Source of the DNA: a phage
Direction: 5' to 3' (one strand)
Sequence record: PZ445453.1
Length of the DNA: 64,000 nucleotides
Position 1 is the first letter of the stretch; each line of letters begins with the position of its first letter. This document shows, one piece after another, positions 38,169 to 47,906 of the stretch. Position numbers and translations under genes: made by a program. The notes below the pieces were generated by a model. It had not been told where the DNA came from. It worked only from the letters and a program-made list of their open reading frames with translations, and searched no databases.

Positions 38169-39074
38169 TTATTTTTGAATAGTTGACTTGATAAGGTCTT
38201 GCATAATACCACGGATTTCATTAAAGCACAGAAGGACAGATGCTTCAAAAGATCCTTCTTCATCGTTAAAGTATTTAGGGAATTTAATACCACTCAACTT
38301 AAATTCTTTATCGACAATAAAGTTAACGAAACCGTCATATTCCAGGCCAATGGCAACAACGTGCTTACCATCTTCCATAAGTTCTACTGCACGAGATTCA
38401 TAAAGGGACTCTTTACTCCATACAACCACACCTTCCGAATCTTCAAGTTTAATATAATTACCCAGGGTCAGTCGTTCAGCCTCATGTTCTTCTAAGATGG
38501 TATCAAAACCTTTAATAATGGCTTCTTCGTGTACACTAAACGGCAGAACTGGGAAAGTACCCAACACCTCACGAAGAAATACAGCAATATCTTCACTAAT
38601 TTTCTTAGAACCATTAAGAACATAGGTAATACTGTTTTCAGTGTCTACAACAACATAGTTATAGAAATCATCTGCTTCTGTTTCTGGGAGCAGAGAAAAC
38701 ACGATATCAGCCTCAATTGCTTTTTTACTTTCTTTGTCCAAGAAGAATTCTTTAGTAGGATTTGCAGCAATAAACTCTTGTTCCATCTCCTGGAGTTTTT
38801 CATTAAGAATGCGTTTAACTTTCTTCTTGTTAACTTTCTTAACAGACTGCCCTACTTTAATAACCTCTAAACCAGAGAACACTTTTACATAGGAACCATC
38901 ATCTTCAAAACGAACAAGACCAATGGTATGTGCTTGTTGCCCCTGTGCCACAACAAAATCCAGCGGTTTGTCTGTTACTGTGTTCAGTGCTGAAATAGAC
39001 AGACCATCACCAGAAATCAGGGTTACGCAAGATTTGAAATTTTTAGCAAACATAGTTTTCTCCTCAAATAACAA
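38169..39074 (-). CDS. hypothetical protein (possibly RdgC-like)
   Basis: 301-aa ORF; only weak size/composition resemblance. Confidence 0.5.
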   Translation of the reverse strand: MLFEEKTMFAKNFKSCVTLISGDGLSISALNTVTDKPLDFVVAQGQQAHTIGLVRFEDDGSYVKVFSGLEVIKVGQSVKKVNKKKVKRILNEKLQEMEQEFIAANPTKEFFLDKESKKAIEADIVFSLLPETEADDFYNYVVVDTENSITYVLNGSKKISEDIAVFLREVLGTFPVLPFSVHEEAIIKGFDTILEEHEAERLTLGNYIKLEDSEGVVVWSKESLYESRAVELMEDGKHVVAIGLEYDGFVNFIVDKEFKLSGIKFPKYFNDEEGSFEASVLLCFNEIRGIMQDLIKSTIQK

Positions 39075-39342
39075 CTACAAAATATTTTACACCATCATAT
39101 TCGACAATATGATCAGGATATTTAAATCCTTTATAAGATTTACCAAACAGACTAACAGCCTCATTAGCTTTGTTTTGCGGATTACTCAACCACTGTTCTT
39201 CTGTGTAAAACTTAAATTCTGTTCTCTTACCTTCTTTTTCTAAACCAACAATTTCCTGTGTGATATCTTCAATACCTGCATTCTTCAAGGATTTGATCAC
39301 CTGACGCAAACCATGTTTAAAGATATCTTCTGCTGTTAACAT
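39064..39342 (-). CDS. hypothetical protein
   Basis: 92-aa ORF. Confidence 0.5.
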   Translation of the reverse strand: MLTAEDIFKHGLRQVIKSLKNAGIEDITQEIVGLEKEGKRTEFKFYTEEQWLSNPQNKANEAVSLFGKSYKGFKYPDHIVEYDGVKYFVVVI

Positions 39343-39378
39343 AATACCTCCAATAAGCCCCAGAAGGGGCTTTATTTC

Positions 39379-40101
39379 TTAAGCAATGATTGCTGCGATA
39401 TTAGGTTTAACAAAGGTAGATGGTTTCATAATTTTACCTTTGTCATCAAAGAATACGTATACCTTTTGAACTTCGTTATATACAGCGTGTACCCCAGTAT
39501 AAGAACCTTCTGCACGATCTTTGCTTCGCATCTCGATAGCATCACATTCTTTTTCGAGAGCTTCAATAATATCCTTAGTTTCCCAAATAGCCAGGAGTTG
39601 CTTCTTGGTAGGATACTTGGACTCATTGCTATTCAACACTTCACGCATAACCTTCTTCTCGTTATAAACAGAACGTACCAAAGTATCTCGTGCCATACGT
39701 GTAAGTGTAAGAGACATTAGGGCAAATTGCAAGTCATTTTCTACCATTTTATCAAATTCAATGATAACATCGTAGATGTTTTCTGCCAGAACATCTCCTG
39801 TCGGCATTTCCAGAGCTTTATCAACACCTTCTTTACCAAAGAACATAAACGCCAGGTAGGATGCTACCACAAAAATATCTGCTGCTGCATCAAGTAATTC
39901 AACGTGATCATTTTCCTGTGCTGCTGCTTGGAACTCTTTAAGTTCTTCTCGTACAAAAGAAAGTTGAGCTTCAAACATCTCTTGAGTAAATTCTGGAGTT
40001 ACTCCACCACGTGCCTTAGCATTCCAAGCAACAATTTGATCGGCAGCTTTGATAAAGAAGCTATTGTCCACTTTTACTTGTTTGAAAAAATTCTCGATCA
40101 T
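39379..40101 (-). CDS. MazG-like nucleotide pyrophosphohydrolase
   Basis: REELKEF ... DHVELLDAAADIFVVASYLA matches ExxE...ExxD all-alpha NTP-PPase signature. Confidence 0.5.
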   Translation of the reverse strand: MIENFFKQVKVDNSFFIKAADQIVAWNAKARGGVTPEFTQEMFEAQLSFVREELKEFQAAAQENDHVELLDAAADIFVVASYLAFMFFGKEGVDKALEMPTGDVLAENIYDVIIEFDKMVENDLQFALMSLTLTRMARDTLVRSVYNEKKVMREVLNSNESKYPTKKQLLAIWETKDIIEALEKECDAIEMRSKDRAEGSYTGVHAVYNEVQKVYVFFDDKGKIMKPSTFVKPNIAAIIA

Positions 40102-40110
40102 TGTTTCTCC

Positions 40111-40290
40111 TTATTTAAAATATTGTTCTAACAAAACACTAATGCGAACTACCGATTCGCCCATATATGCCCCAGCACAGAGGAAAACAACAAATCTACA
40201 AAAATTGCAGTACCATTTGTCCACTGGAAACGAGGCTAACATTATAATTGCAATAGCAATTAACATCATAAGAACTGTTGCTAATACCAT
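40111..40290 (-). CDS. small membrane protein (sub-threshold ORF)
   Basis: 59-aa ORF not in supplied track; GAGGTAGGT RBS; hydrophobic N-terminus. Confidence 0.35.
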   Translation of the reverse strand: MVLATVLMMLIAIAIIMLASFPVDKWYCNFCRFVVFLCAGAYMGESVVRISVLLEQYFK

Positions 40291-40299
40291 ACCTACCTC

Positions 40300-41415
40300 T
40301 TACTCTGCTGGTTCCCAAGTACCTGGAATCATCTTACGTACACGTACCCCAACAGGTTTGGTAGGAATACCTTCGTCTGAAAATTCTTCGTACTCTATTT
40401 CAACAAATTGACCAATAAGTGTCAAAGCATTTTCTTCTTTACGATAGTTAATGGTTTCATCTGAATCCTTACGCATCAGGAATTCGACTACTTTACCATT
40501 TTCCATCTCGCCTGTCAATACCCCGTCACCATTTTTATCACGTTTTGCACTGACTACCTTAACTTCAAGAGTCTGCCGTGGTTTACGTTTAATAACATCA
40601 TAAGAACGTTTATCAAACTCGTAAACACCTTGTGCGTTACGATACACCACACCTTCCGCTTTTTCACGTAGAGCCTTTGCATAGAATTCATCAAACTGCT
40701 CTTGGTTTTCAATGTATTCTGTATGTACTACACAAATAAGTTCATCTAAACCTTTATCTTCAACAACTTCTTTTAGAGCAGCTAAAACTTGAACCCTCTT
40801 CTCAAATGGTACAGATGGCACAGGAACATCATATACATAGTATTTAAGAAGCGGAGTGTTAGCATTATGCTTTTTCCACGCACTATTAATTTGTTGAAGG
40901 CTAAGGACACCCAAGCCAGCAAAAACTTCACCGTCAAGAGGATGACCAACTACTTCTTTAATGAAGGTTGGAATTTCTTTCCAGTGAGGTGGAAGTTTAT
41001 ATACCTCCCCAGCTTTAGATAAACATTCACCTTGCATGTTAATCATTGAACGTAGACCATTCAATTTATATTGTGCATAACCTGGGAACAAAACACGATC
41101 AGCATAATCTTTATAATCCTGACATTTCATGGGTGTGGAAGGAACATGGTTTTCAGCTTCCTCTTTTGTTTTATAATACCCATTCTTAAGTTGCTTTGTC
41201 CATTTGGCAAGAGCTTCTATTTCAGCTTGTTCTTCTGCTGTTGTTTCATTTGAGCGACCAATATTTTTAGGTTCTGCTGTATAAGATTTGCTAGTAATCT
41301 TTCCACCTAATTGACCATGAGCAACAGTTACAACACTACCTTCGGTATAGACTGACCACTGTTTAATTTTACCTGTAGAAGTTTTACCATATAATGTAGG
41401 ATTAGTTTGTTTCAT
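40300..41415 (-). CDS. ATP-dependent DNA ligase
   Basis: Motif I KLNGLR, III DGEVF, IV EGVVYR, V VIKRK; start trimmed to ATG 41415 with GGAGG RBS. Confidence 0.85.
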   Translation of the reverse strand: MKQTNPTLYGKTSTGKIKQWSVYTEGSVVTVAHGQLGGKITSKSYTAEPKNIGRSNETTAEEQAEIEALAKWTKQLKNGYYKTKEEAENHVPSTPMKCQDYKDYADRVLFPGYAQYKLNGLRSMINMQGECLSKAGEVYKLPPHWKEIPTFIKEVVGHPLDGEVFAGLGVLSLQQINSAWKKHNANTPLLKYYVYDVPVPSVPFEKRVQVLAALKEVVEDKGLDELICVVHTEYIENQEQFDEFYAKALREKAEGVVYRNAQGVYEFDKRSYDVIKRKPRQTLEVKVVSAKRDKNGDGVLTGEMENGKVVEFLMRKDSDETINYRKEENALTLIGQFVEIEYEEFSDEGIPTKPVGVRVRKMIPGTWEPAE

Positions 41416-41605
41416 CTTTAACCTCCAGTTGCGAAAGAACCCATTTAGCCATTTCAATTTCACCGTGTAGTCTGCCTAGTTCATAGGCATCATCAATATT
41501 ACCACCAGTGTAATCATCCACCATAAAGTAAGGATCTTCGCTACTGTTAGGTGCGTTTGCAATTCTCGTTAGTTCTTCAATAAATGTCATAGTTACCCTT
41601 ACCAA
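41402..41605 (-). CDS. hypothetical protein
   Basis: 67-aa ORF. Confidence 0.45.
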   Translation of the reverse strand: MVRVTMTFIEELTRIANAPNSSEDPYFMVDDYTGGNIDDAYELGRLHGEIEMAKWVLSQLEVKDETN

Positions 41606-41823
41606 TTATACACAAGAGTTTGAATCTCTTCCATCAAGTCTTCAAGATCTGTATCAACGTATTCAGAAGATGTTGCCATAAAGTATGTAATCATTGTGAA
41701 CCCTTCCGAAGAAAGGGCATCAAGGATATCATTAAACATATCTTCCATTTCAGTATTCTCACCAAATGAGAATAACATTTGTTGATCTTCGCTTACACCT
41801 TTAACATAGATAGCTGTACTCAT
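41599..41823 (-). CDS. hypothetical acidic protein
   Basis: 74-aa ORF, very acidic. Confidence 0.45.
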   Translation of the reverse strand: MSTAIYVKGVSEDQQMLFSFGENTEMEDMFNDILDALSSEGFTMITYFMATSSEYVDTDLEDLMEEIQTLVYNW

Positions 41824-41826
41824 ATA

Positions 41827-42147
41827 TTAATCCTTAAGACGTTCATTTAAATCTGCAATAACATCACCTAAATCTTCACATTCCAGTGTTAATTCTGAAA
41901 CTTGTCCACTCAAATAACAAACTTCTTCATTTAGATCTGAAATAATGTTTTCTAATGAATCTACTTGGTCATCATATGAACGTTTTGTTTCTTCAAGTTC
42001 TTCCGTAAGATCATTAATCAAATGGAGCAAAGATAAGATATAACCGTCTCCTGTCTCGTTCCTCCACTCACTTCCGTAGCGATAAATAATAATTTCACCA
42101 TTATCGACTACTGTAAAATACTTACCTTCACCAGAATAAATTTCCAT
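41827..42147 (-). CDS. hypothetical coiled-coil protein
   Basis: 106-aa ORF. Confidence 0.5.
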   Translation of the reverse strand: MEIYSGEGKYFTVVDNGEIIIYRYGSEWRNETGDGYILSLLHLINDLTEELEETKRSYDDQVDSLENIISDLNEEVCYLSGQVSELTLECEDLGDVIADLNERLKD

Positions 42148-42156
42148 ACACTCTCC

Positions 42157-42561
42157 TTATTGTAGCTTAAGTGAACTGCGAAGACGTTTCTCTTGCTGAT
42201 CACGAATATGTTGTGGAACCTCATGAATTGAGTCGTTACCGTGCCTATTTTCAACAACTAAAGAGATAACTTGATAACCAAACTCTTCAGCAAGAGTAAA
42301 ATAAGGTTTAAGTTCTTTCTCTGTGGTTGAAGTGTTAGAGACAATAATCTTTTTAATATTAGATGCCATAGCATCACGAACAATACTCTGACACCATGCG
42401 TGTGCTTTACCTACATTCTCTGGCTTCCAATCGTAAACACCACTTTCTGTGTAATGATATTGATCTGCCTCACAGATAGGCCAATAACCTTCAGAAATAA
42501 TTTCTGCTACTGTAGATTTACCTGCACCTGAAACACCACGTAAAATGATAAGTTGTTTCAT
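42157..42561 (-). CDS. P-loop kinase (polynucleotide-kinase-like)
   Basis: ILRGVSGAGKST Walker A at N-terminus, 134 aa. Confidence 0.6.
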   Translation of the reverse strand: MKQLIILRGVSGAGKSTVAEIISEGYWPICEADQYHYTESGVYDWKPENVGKAHAWCQSIVRDAMASNIKKIIVSNTSTTEKELKPYFTLAEEFGYQVISLVVENRHGNDSIHEVPQHIRDQQEKRLRSSLKLQ

Positions 42562-43494
42562 TTAACCCCCAAAGAAGTTTTCTATTTCTTTACGTCGCTC
42601 TTGTGGATCTAGAGCAGCCCATTGAACCTTCGTAAAATTATTTCGAAGCCATTCTAGCAAAGTATAATATTCTTCGTCAACAATTTGTTTAGCATTTTTT
42701 GGGTTGTCCCAAATCATATCCCACTTCTTATTGCCACCACGCATAAGGAACTTCTTAGCAAGATAGTATGGTGACTTAATCTTTAAGAGTAAGTTAAACG
42801 GATAGTTTGTTTCACGAACAACAAAGCCTTCGTGTCTACAATGTTTAGACATTTCAACAACATCTGAAAATTTAATCATCGGATAAACTTCAGGACGTTT
42901 AAACTTTGCAACAGATGCAATCCCATCAAGAACACCTTCAGGTAACATGAAACTTGTCCCATCAAGATTTTGAATTCTTGCTCCAATTAAGTATGCGCCT
43001 GGTTCTTCTTCGACAATATGTGGATCAGAAGGATCACAGATTTCAAAAAGGAAAGTTGCTTTTGCACTTTCTGTCCACTTAATGAAATACTCTATGTCGT
43101 CACACTCGGAAACAATACGGTTCTTTGCCATAATTGCAAAATCTGATTCTAGGCTCCCTGTTGTTGATACAACAAGTTTCCCTTTGTACACACCTACAGA
43201 TGCCATAAAACCGTTTACTTTACGGACAGCATCTACAAGTTCATCTGCTGGAAGATCTGTACCATTCTCAAAACGATTAAAGATTTTAGTAAAAGGCCAA
43301 ATAACAACATTGTCTTCTGAGTCAACAACCAACCCACGACAATCTAGAAGTCGTTTGTCAACGTTCCACAAATTATCCCAGAATACATTGTTTTTGTATT
43401 TAAGTACAGCAAGACCAGCATACTCTCCAGATTTAACTTCTTTTTTATGCACTAAACCTTTTGCAATCAGGTCATCACAATTGAACTTAGCCAC
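42562..43494 (-). CDS. RNA-ligase-like nucleotidyltransferase
   Basis: Motif I RKVNGFM, III FLFEICDP, IV HEGFVVRE, V LLLKIKSP. Confidence 0.6.
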   Translation of the reverse strand: MAKFNCDDLIAKGLVHKKEVKSGEYAGLAVLKYKNNVFWDNLWNVDKRLLDCRGLVVDSEDNVVIWPFTKIFNRFENGTDLPADELVDAVRKVNGFMASVGVYKGKLVVSTTGSLESDFAIMAKNRIVSECDDIEYFIKWTESAKATFLFEICDPSDPHIVEEEPGAYLIGARIQNLDGTSFMLPEGVLDGIASVAKFKRPEVYPMIKFSDVVEMSKHCRHEGFVVRETNYPFNLLLKIKSPYYLAKKFLMRGGNKKWDMIWDNPKNAKQIVDEEYYTLLEWLRNNFTKVQWAALDPQERRKEIENFFGG

Positions 43495-43495
43495 C

Positions 43496-44047
43496 TTAAT
43501 CTCCTTTGATTATCTTATGATGGTCTACAACAACAATATCACGTTTATCCATAATAGAGATGATTTCGTCAAAATGCAAGATTTTTCCGTGTGCATCCCA
43601 ACCAACATCCAACATTTTCCCATACAAATGATCAGGGAATGATCCGTGAGAGTGTCCGTGTAGCATGATTGATCCATGCCCTTGTTTATTCCAGGCAGCC
43701 ATAGGGTAATGGCTTAAGACGAAAAACAGCTTCTGATATTTCACTTCGTCATAATAAACCACTTCTCCATACTCTGCAAGCACTTTTCGGTGTTTGCTGT
43801 AATCATGGTTCCCAACACAATAAGTAATATCCCCTTGGAGGCGGGAAGCAATCTTACGGGTATCTTCTTCAGTCCCGAAACAGAAGTCCCCAAGATGGTA
43901 CATCTTTACTCCTGGTGTTGTGGCACATTTGTTCCATGCTTCGATCAGTGCTTCTGTCATATGCTCCATATCTTCCCACGGTCGATATTCAGGAGCAAAC
44001 TCTCGAATACGTTTGTGCATAAAATGCAAATCACTTGTAATAAACAT
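43496..44047 (-). CDS. calcineurin-like metallophosphoesterase
   Basis: SDLHF, LGDFCFG, GNHD, HGHSH motifs. Confidence 0.7.
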   Translation of the reverse strand: MFITSDLHFMHKRIREFAPEYRPWEDMEHMTEALIEAWNKCATTPGVKMYHLGDFCFGTEEDTRKIASRLQGDITYCVGNHDYSKHRKVLAEYGEVVYYDEVKYQKLFFVLSHYPMAAWNKQGHGSIMLHGHSHGSFPDHLYGKMLDVGWDAHGKILHFDEIISIMDKRDIVVVDHHKIIKGD

Positions 44048-44409
44048 TAGTATAATCCCTCGCTGAATAGTTCACTATCGTGACCATTTCTTTCATAGTT
44101 AATTTGTTTGGCGTTATCTGCAATGATATAAGCATCTTTGCGACTCCACCAATTATAATACTGATCAATAAACCCTTGATTATCAGGTAAGCAAAACAGT
44201 TTATCGATCAATCCTGCATCTTTTAAAACATTAAGTTGTGCAGATAGTACAGGATTTGCATGCCTAACACAAGGAATAATTAACTCTTCGCCATTGTTGA
44301 GAATATACTTATTCGCAGCGCAGACTATAACACGTTGAGCATAGTGATCCTCACCAATCCAGGTAAGAGGTTGGTAACAAATATCATGTTGATTAGTAGC
44401 GCACATCAA
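44047..44409 (-). CDS. hypothetical protein
   Basis: 120-aa ORF, ATGA overlap. Confidence 0.5.
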   Translation of the reverse strand: MMCATNQHDICYQPLTWIGEDHYAQRVIVCAANKYILNNGEELIIPCVRHANPVLSAQLNVLKDAGLIDKLFCLPDNQGFIDQYYNWWSRKDAYIIADNAKQINYERNGHDSELFSEGLY

Positions 44410-44564
44410 TTTTCTCCATACTCTTTTAATTTATCAGCGAAAAAACTGTAATCAGGAAGTAAAAGATCATTACTCGTATCGCTCCAGTTTTCTTCCTCTC
44501 TATAGATAAAATGCCCTTCATCCTCTTCTTGCTCTGACCAAACTGAATAATGCATAATACCTAC

Positions 44565-44939
44565 TTAATAGTTAACACGTTTAATTTCAACACCATAGGA
44601 TGAAATAAAATTTTCCTTAGCTAACATATATTTACCAGCAGCAGAAGGGTTTGATGTATGGACATAGATAGTTTTAAGAGCATCCCATTCACCCGCATAC
44701 AACATACATTCTACGTCTAAGAATGCATGATATCCTTCCTGATCTTCTCCAAGATCATTATCGAAGTGTATCTCTGAGATATTATTGAAATTATCTTCAT
44801 CTGAAACAAAAGATAACCAATCCTCAAAAGATTTTAACCAAATAGCATCCTCATAACCATAATCTTTAGGATCTCTTAAATCGTCTAACCAAAGAATTTT
44901 AGCCACTATCAACCCCCTTCCTGTTTCTCTTCTTTCCAA
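44565..44939 (-). CDS. hypothetical protein
   Basis: 124-aa ORF. Confidence 0.5.
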   Translation of the reverse strand: MERRETGRGLIVAKILWLDDLRDPKDYGYEDAIWLKSFEDWLSFVSDEDNFNNISEIHFDNDLGEDQEGYHAFLDVECMLYAGEWDALKTIYVHTSNPSAAGKYMLAKENFISSYGVEIKRVNY

Positions 44940-45100
44940 GTTTTACCATTATCTACCAACTTCTTAGAAACAGCAAATCTTTCTCCATTGATATAAAACA
45001 AATAAAGAATAAAGGATTTTCCTATAGTTACAGTATCTGCTACTTCTACACGCTTTACACCTTGCATGTATTTGGCTTTACCTGAATAAATAAGGAACAT
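44909..45100 (-). CDS. hypothetical protein
   Basis: 63-aa ORF, ATGA overlap with upstream gene. Confidence 0.4.
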   Translation of the reverse strand: MFLIYSGKAKYMQGVKRVEVADTVTIGKSFILYLFYINGERFAVSKKLVDNGKTWKEEKQEGG

Positions 45101-45378
45101 TACTTATTCCTTTTGTTGTTGATCACATCTAAAGCTGTGTAAGGTTTGTTTGTACCACTGTATTCAAGAATAATTGGTACATATTCATAGACCAACTCAA
45201 AAGTACCATACACAGAATCTGCAACTGAAATAAGCATTTCAGTGCCTTCATCGTTCTTGATTAATGAAAATCTTGCGCCTGGTTTATTGAGCACTTCATA
45301 TTTCTTACCTGCTGTCAGCAAACCTGAATACCATTCATTTTGCACAACAGACAAACACTTCAGATAAGTTTTTCTCAT
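45100..45378 (-). CDS. hypothetical protein
   Basis: 92-aa ORF. Confidence 0.5.
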   Translation of the reverse strand: MRKTYLKCLSVVQNEWYSGLLTAGKKYEVLNKPGARFSLIKNDEGTEMLISVADSVYGTFELVYEYVPIILEYSGTNKPYTALDVINNKRNK

Positions 45379-45716
45379 TTCTTTTTGCTCCTTCTTTTAG
45401 GCTTCTCGTATAAACCTAACACAGCAGACTCTTTTGCACAAATAGGAACTGACTTCATTCCTCGTTTTTTAGCTTCTGGTAGATTCAAAACCCACCAGCC
45501 AAACCAATACAATTCATCTTCTGTGAAAGGATCTGCCATAGGATCTGCATCACGTTCTTCAAATTTAGCAAGAGCTTCTTCTATCTTTTCTATTGGAGTA
45601 TCAAAGACAAAAGCCTCTGTGTCAAATTTTTGTTTCTTAGGAGCGGCTTTTGCCGCCCCATCTTTAGATGCGCGCTTTGTTACGGATCGCTTCTTCGGTG
45701 TTTTCGCCATCAACAA
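45375..45716 (-). CDS. hypothetical basic protein
   Basis: 113-aa ORF with Lys-rich termini. Confidence 0.5.
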   Translation of the reverse strand: MLMAKTPKKRSVTKRASKDGAAKAAPKKQKFDTEAFVFDTPIEKIEEALAKFEERDADPMADPFTEDELYWFGWWVLNLPEAKKRGMKSVPICAKESAVLGLYEKPKRRSKKK

Positions 45717-45903
45717 CCTCCATGCGGTGTAAGAAATCTTGCTGGAATCGCCAATACTGTTGACCAGTCCTTACATCTTCGTAGATCACAACAGGATCAA
45801 ATACTTTAGATACACCTGCTGGTTTAGGAAAGCCAACTACACGATATAAACCGCCTTTGCTAATACAAGAATATGTTACATCAGTTAAAATTTCTTTTTT
45901 CAT
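45664..45903 (-). CDS. hypothetical protein
   Basis: 79-aa ORF. Confidence 0.4.
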   Translation of the reverse strand: MKKEILTDVTYSCISKGGLYRVVGFPKPAGVSKVFDPVVIYEDVRTGQQYWRFQQDFLHRMEVVDGENTEEAIRNKARI

Positions 45904-46097
45904 TTCTTAATAAACTCCAATACAGGTACGTGATCAGCAGTTAAAGTTACACAATTGTAACTCACCTTTTCAACTTCAGAGAATGCTTCAACCCACAGCA
46001 AGAAATTCTCTTTAGCTTCTTCATAATTCAATGTTGACTTAACAACATGGAACTCACCAAGGATGACTCTATAGATTGTTTGCATAGTTTGATTCAT
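45900..46097 (-). CDS. hypothetical protein
   Basis: 65-aa ORF. Confidence 0.45.
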   Translation of the reverse strand: MNQTMQTIYRVILGEFHVVKSTLNYEEAKENFLLWVEAFSEVEKVSYNCVTLTADHVPVLEFIKK

Positions 46098-46163
46098 TTA
46101 TTTTTCCTTTGTTTAAAATGTGTTAAACAATCGCAAATGCTTGTGACGCACTTTGTGATTCCA

Positions 46164-46532
46164 CTAATTAATGTCAGCACTATGATTGTTGAGAGTATAG
46201 GATACTCCATCGCCCAAGTCAACATGAATCTCAACTCCTAACTGTCTTTCTAATGGTAAACGTTTTGAGAATTGATAATTACAAAGTTTACAGTCTAAGT
46301 CAAGCAACTCATGTTTGCTTAAACCTGCAACGATAACTTTGCTTCCCACTGTCCACTCAATACCTTCAAAGTTATCTCTTCTTTTCAAAATGTCAAGTAA
46401 GAAGATGATTTGTTGCCATTCCATAGACAAGTCTTCTTCATAGAACGCAGAACAAAAAGTTTTATCATCGTAGAAAGCATACATTATGCCTCCATCTATT
46501 GTTTCACTTCTAACGTAACGTGTGACCCTCAT
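46164..46532 (-). CDS. hypothetical protein (first gene of minus block)
   Basis: 122-aa ORF. Confidence 0.5.
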   Translation of the reverse strand: MRVTRYVRSETIDGGIMYAFYDDKTFCSAFYEEDLSMEWQQIIFLLDILKRRDNFEGIEWTVGSKVIVAGLSKHELLDLDCKLCNYQFSKRLPLERQLGVEIHVDLGDGVSYTLNNHSADIN

Positions 46533-46873
46533 TATTCCCTCCTGTATGGCTCTGTAACGAGCTAATCGCCTTTAAGATATGCAATCACCTTACCTCACAG
46601 TAAAACTCGTTACAATCGTTTTTAGGAGGTTTAGGTTGTACTTAAAAATAATCCAAAAAGGTGTTGACAAACGCAAAAAAGTATGCTACCCTAACCCCCG
46701 AAAAACGCCGAGCGCAGCGAGGGGGTGTTATCTAATCTTGTGATACATGATCTAACAGACAACTGAGTAGTCTACATATAGCACTATGTTATGTCTCTAA
46801 TACTAACATACATACTCTATACTAACAATAGATTCTTTATTAATTTTATTATTAATTAAATAATAAATATTTA

Positions 46874-46902
46874 TTGACTTTAGATCTATCTGTAGGTAGA
46901 GT
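46874..46902 (+). promoter_or_regulatory. sigma70-like promoter TTGACT-N17-TAGAGT
   Basis: Read upstream of prs. Confidence 0.5.
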
Positions 46903-46941
46903 AGAGAACATAAAGTCCTAACTCAACTAAGGAGATAAAGA

Positions 46942-47835
46942 ATGAAAGTTAGTATTCTACATGGTGTTGACTGTTATGTTACTGATGTAGACGTTAAAGT
47001 GTTTACATTCTCTGGTGGAGAACAACATGTTCAATTAGATACGAACCTGTCAGGTTTCAATCATGCTACAGACAGAATCTTACTCACTTTAGAAGTAAGA
47101 TCTGCTAAAGACTTGATGACTTTGGTTATGACTAAGAATGCATTGGACAATATGCTGTATCATAAACCATATTGTGTTGATTTACTCATGTTGTATGTAC
47201 CGTATGCACGACAAGACAGAGTGTGTGAGCCTGGGGAAGCATTCGGAGTTAAAGCATTTGCTTCTATAATTAATTCATTAAATTTCTCACGTGTTATCGT
47301 TGCTGATCCACATAGTGATGTTACTCCAGCAGTGTTTGACAGACTTTGTGTAATACCTCAAGAAGAGATTGCTTACGAAACTTTAAAATGGAAGTTACGT
47401 ATGGAGAATTTTGCTCTTGTTAGCCCTGATGGTGGTGCTCTTAAGAAAATATTTAAATTATCTAAGAAAATGGCTTTAGATGTGTTCTGTGCAGAGAAGG
47501 TTAGAGATACCGCAACAGGTGCTATTGTTCGTACAGACATTTCTGTACAGGATTTCAATAAGCGTAACCTGATGATCGTAGATGATATCTGTGATGGTGG
47601 TAGAACTTTTATTGAGTTGGCTAAAGTGCTACGTGCTCGTAACGCAGGTAAGATTGAGTTGTATGTTACACACGGTATCTTTTCTAAAGGTCTTAAAGAG
47701 TTAAGTGAGCACTTTGACTGCATTCATTCTCTTAATGTGTGGGAAGATAACATCCAAGAAGATTCCGGTGTTCTTGTTAAGAATCAGTCAGATTTGCAGC
47801 AACAAATTGTATCTCCATACGTGTGGAATTTTTAA
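46942..47835 (+). CDS. prs: ribose-phosphate pyrophosphokinase (PRPP synthetase)
   Basis: MIVDDICDGGRTF PRPP-binding loop, ~297 aa. Confidence 0.8.
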   Translation: MKVSILHGVDCYVTDVDVKVFTFSGGEQHVQLDTNLSGFNHATDRILLTLEVRSAKDLMTLVMTKNALDNMLYHKPYCVDLLMLYVPYARQDRVCEPGEAFGVKAFASIINSLNFSRVIVADPHSDVTPAVFDRLCVIPQEEIAYETLKWKLRMENFALVSPDGGALKKIFKLSKKMALDVFCAEKVRDTATGAIVRTDISVQDFNKRNLMIVDDICDGGRTFIELAKVLRARNAGKIELYVTHGIFSKGLKELSEHFDCIHSLNVWEDNIQEDSGVLVKNQSDLQQQIVSPYVWNF

Positions 47836-47845
47836 ATAATAAGTG

Positions 47846-47874
47846 TTGACAATAGGGAGTATGCTTAGTAAGAT
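47846..47874 (+). promoter_or_regulatory. sigma70-like promoter TTGACA-N17-TAAGAT
   Basis: Read upstream of Nampt gene. Confidence 0.55.
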
Positions 47875-47906
47875 ACTCCCACACTAACAAACAAGGAGAC
47901 ATAACT

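Noticed and set aside
40049-40411. Plus-strand 120-aa ORF 40049-40411
   Set aside because: It runs antisense through the end of the ligase and the MazG-like gene start; a 59-aa minus-strand ORF with an RBS explains the gap better.
46533-46941. Protein-coding gene in the divergent intergenic region between the minus and plus blocks
   Set aside because: No ORF of meaningful length; the region holds promoter-like elements and an 8-bp inverted repeat (GTAACGAG/CTCGTTAC), consistent with a regulatory switch.
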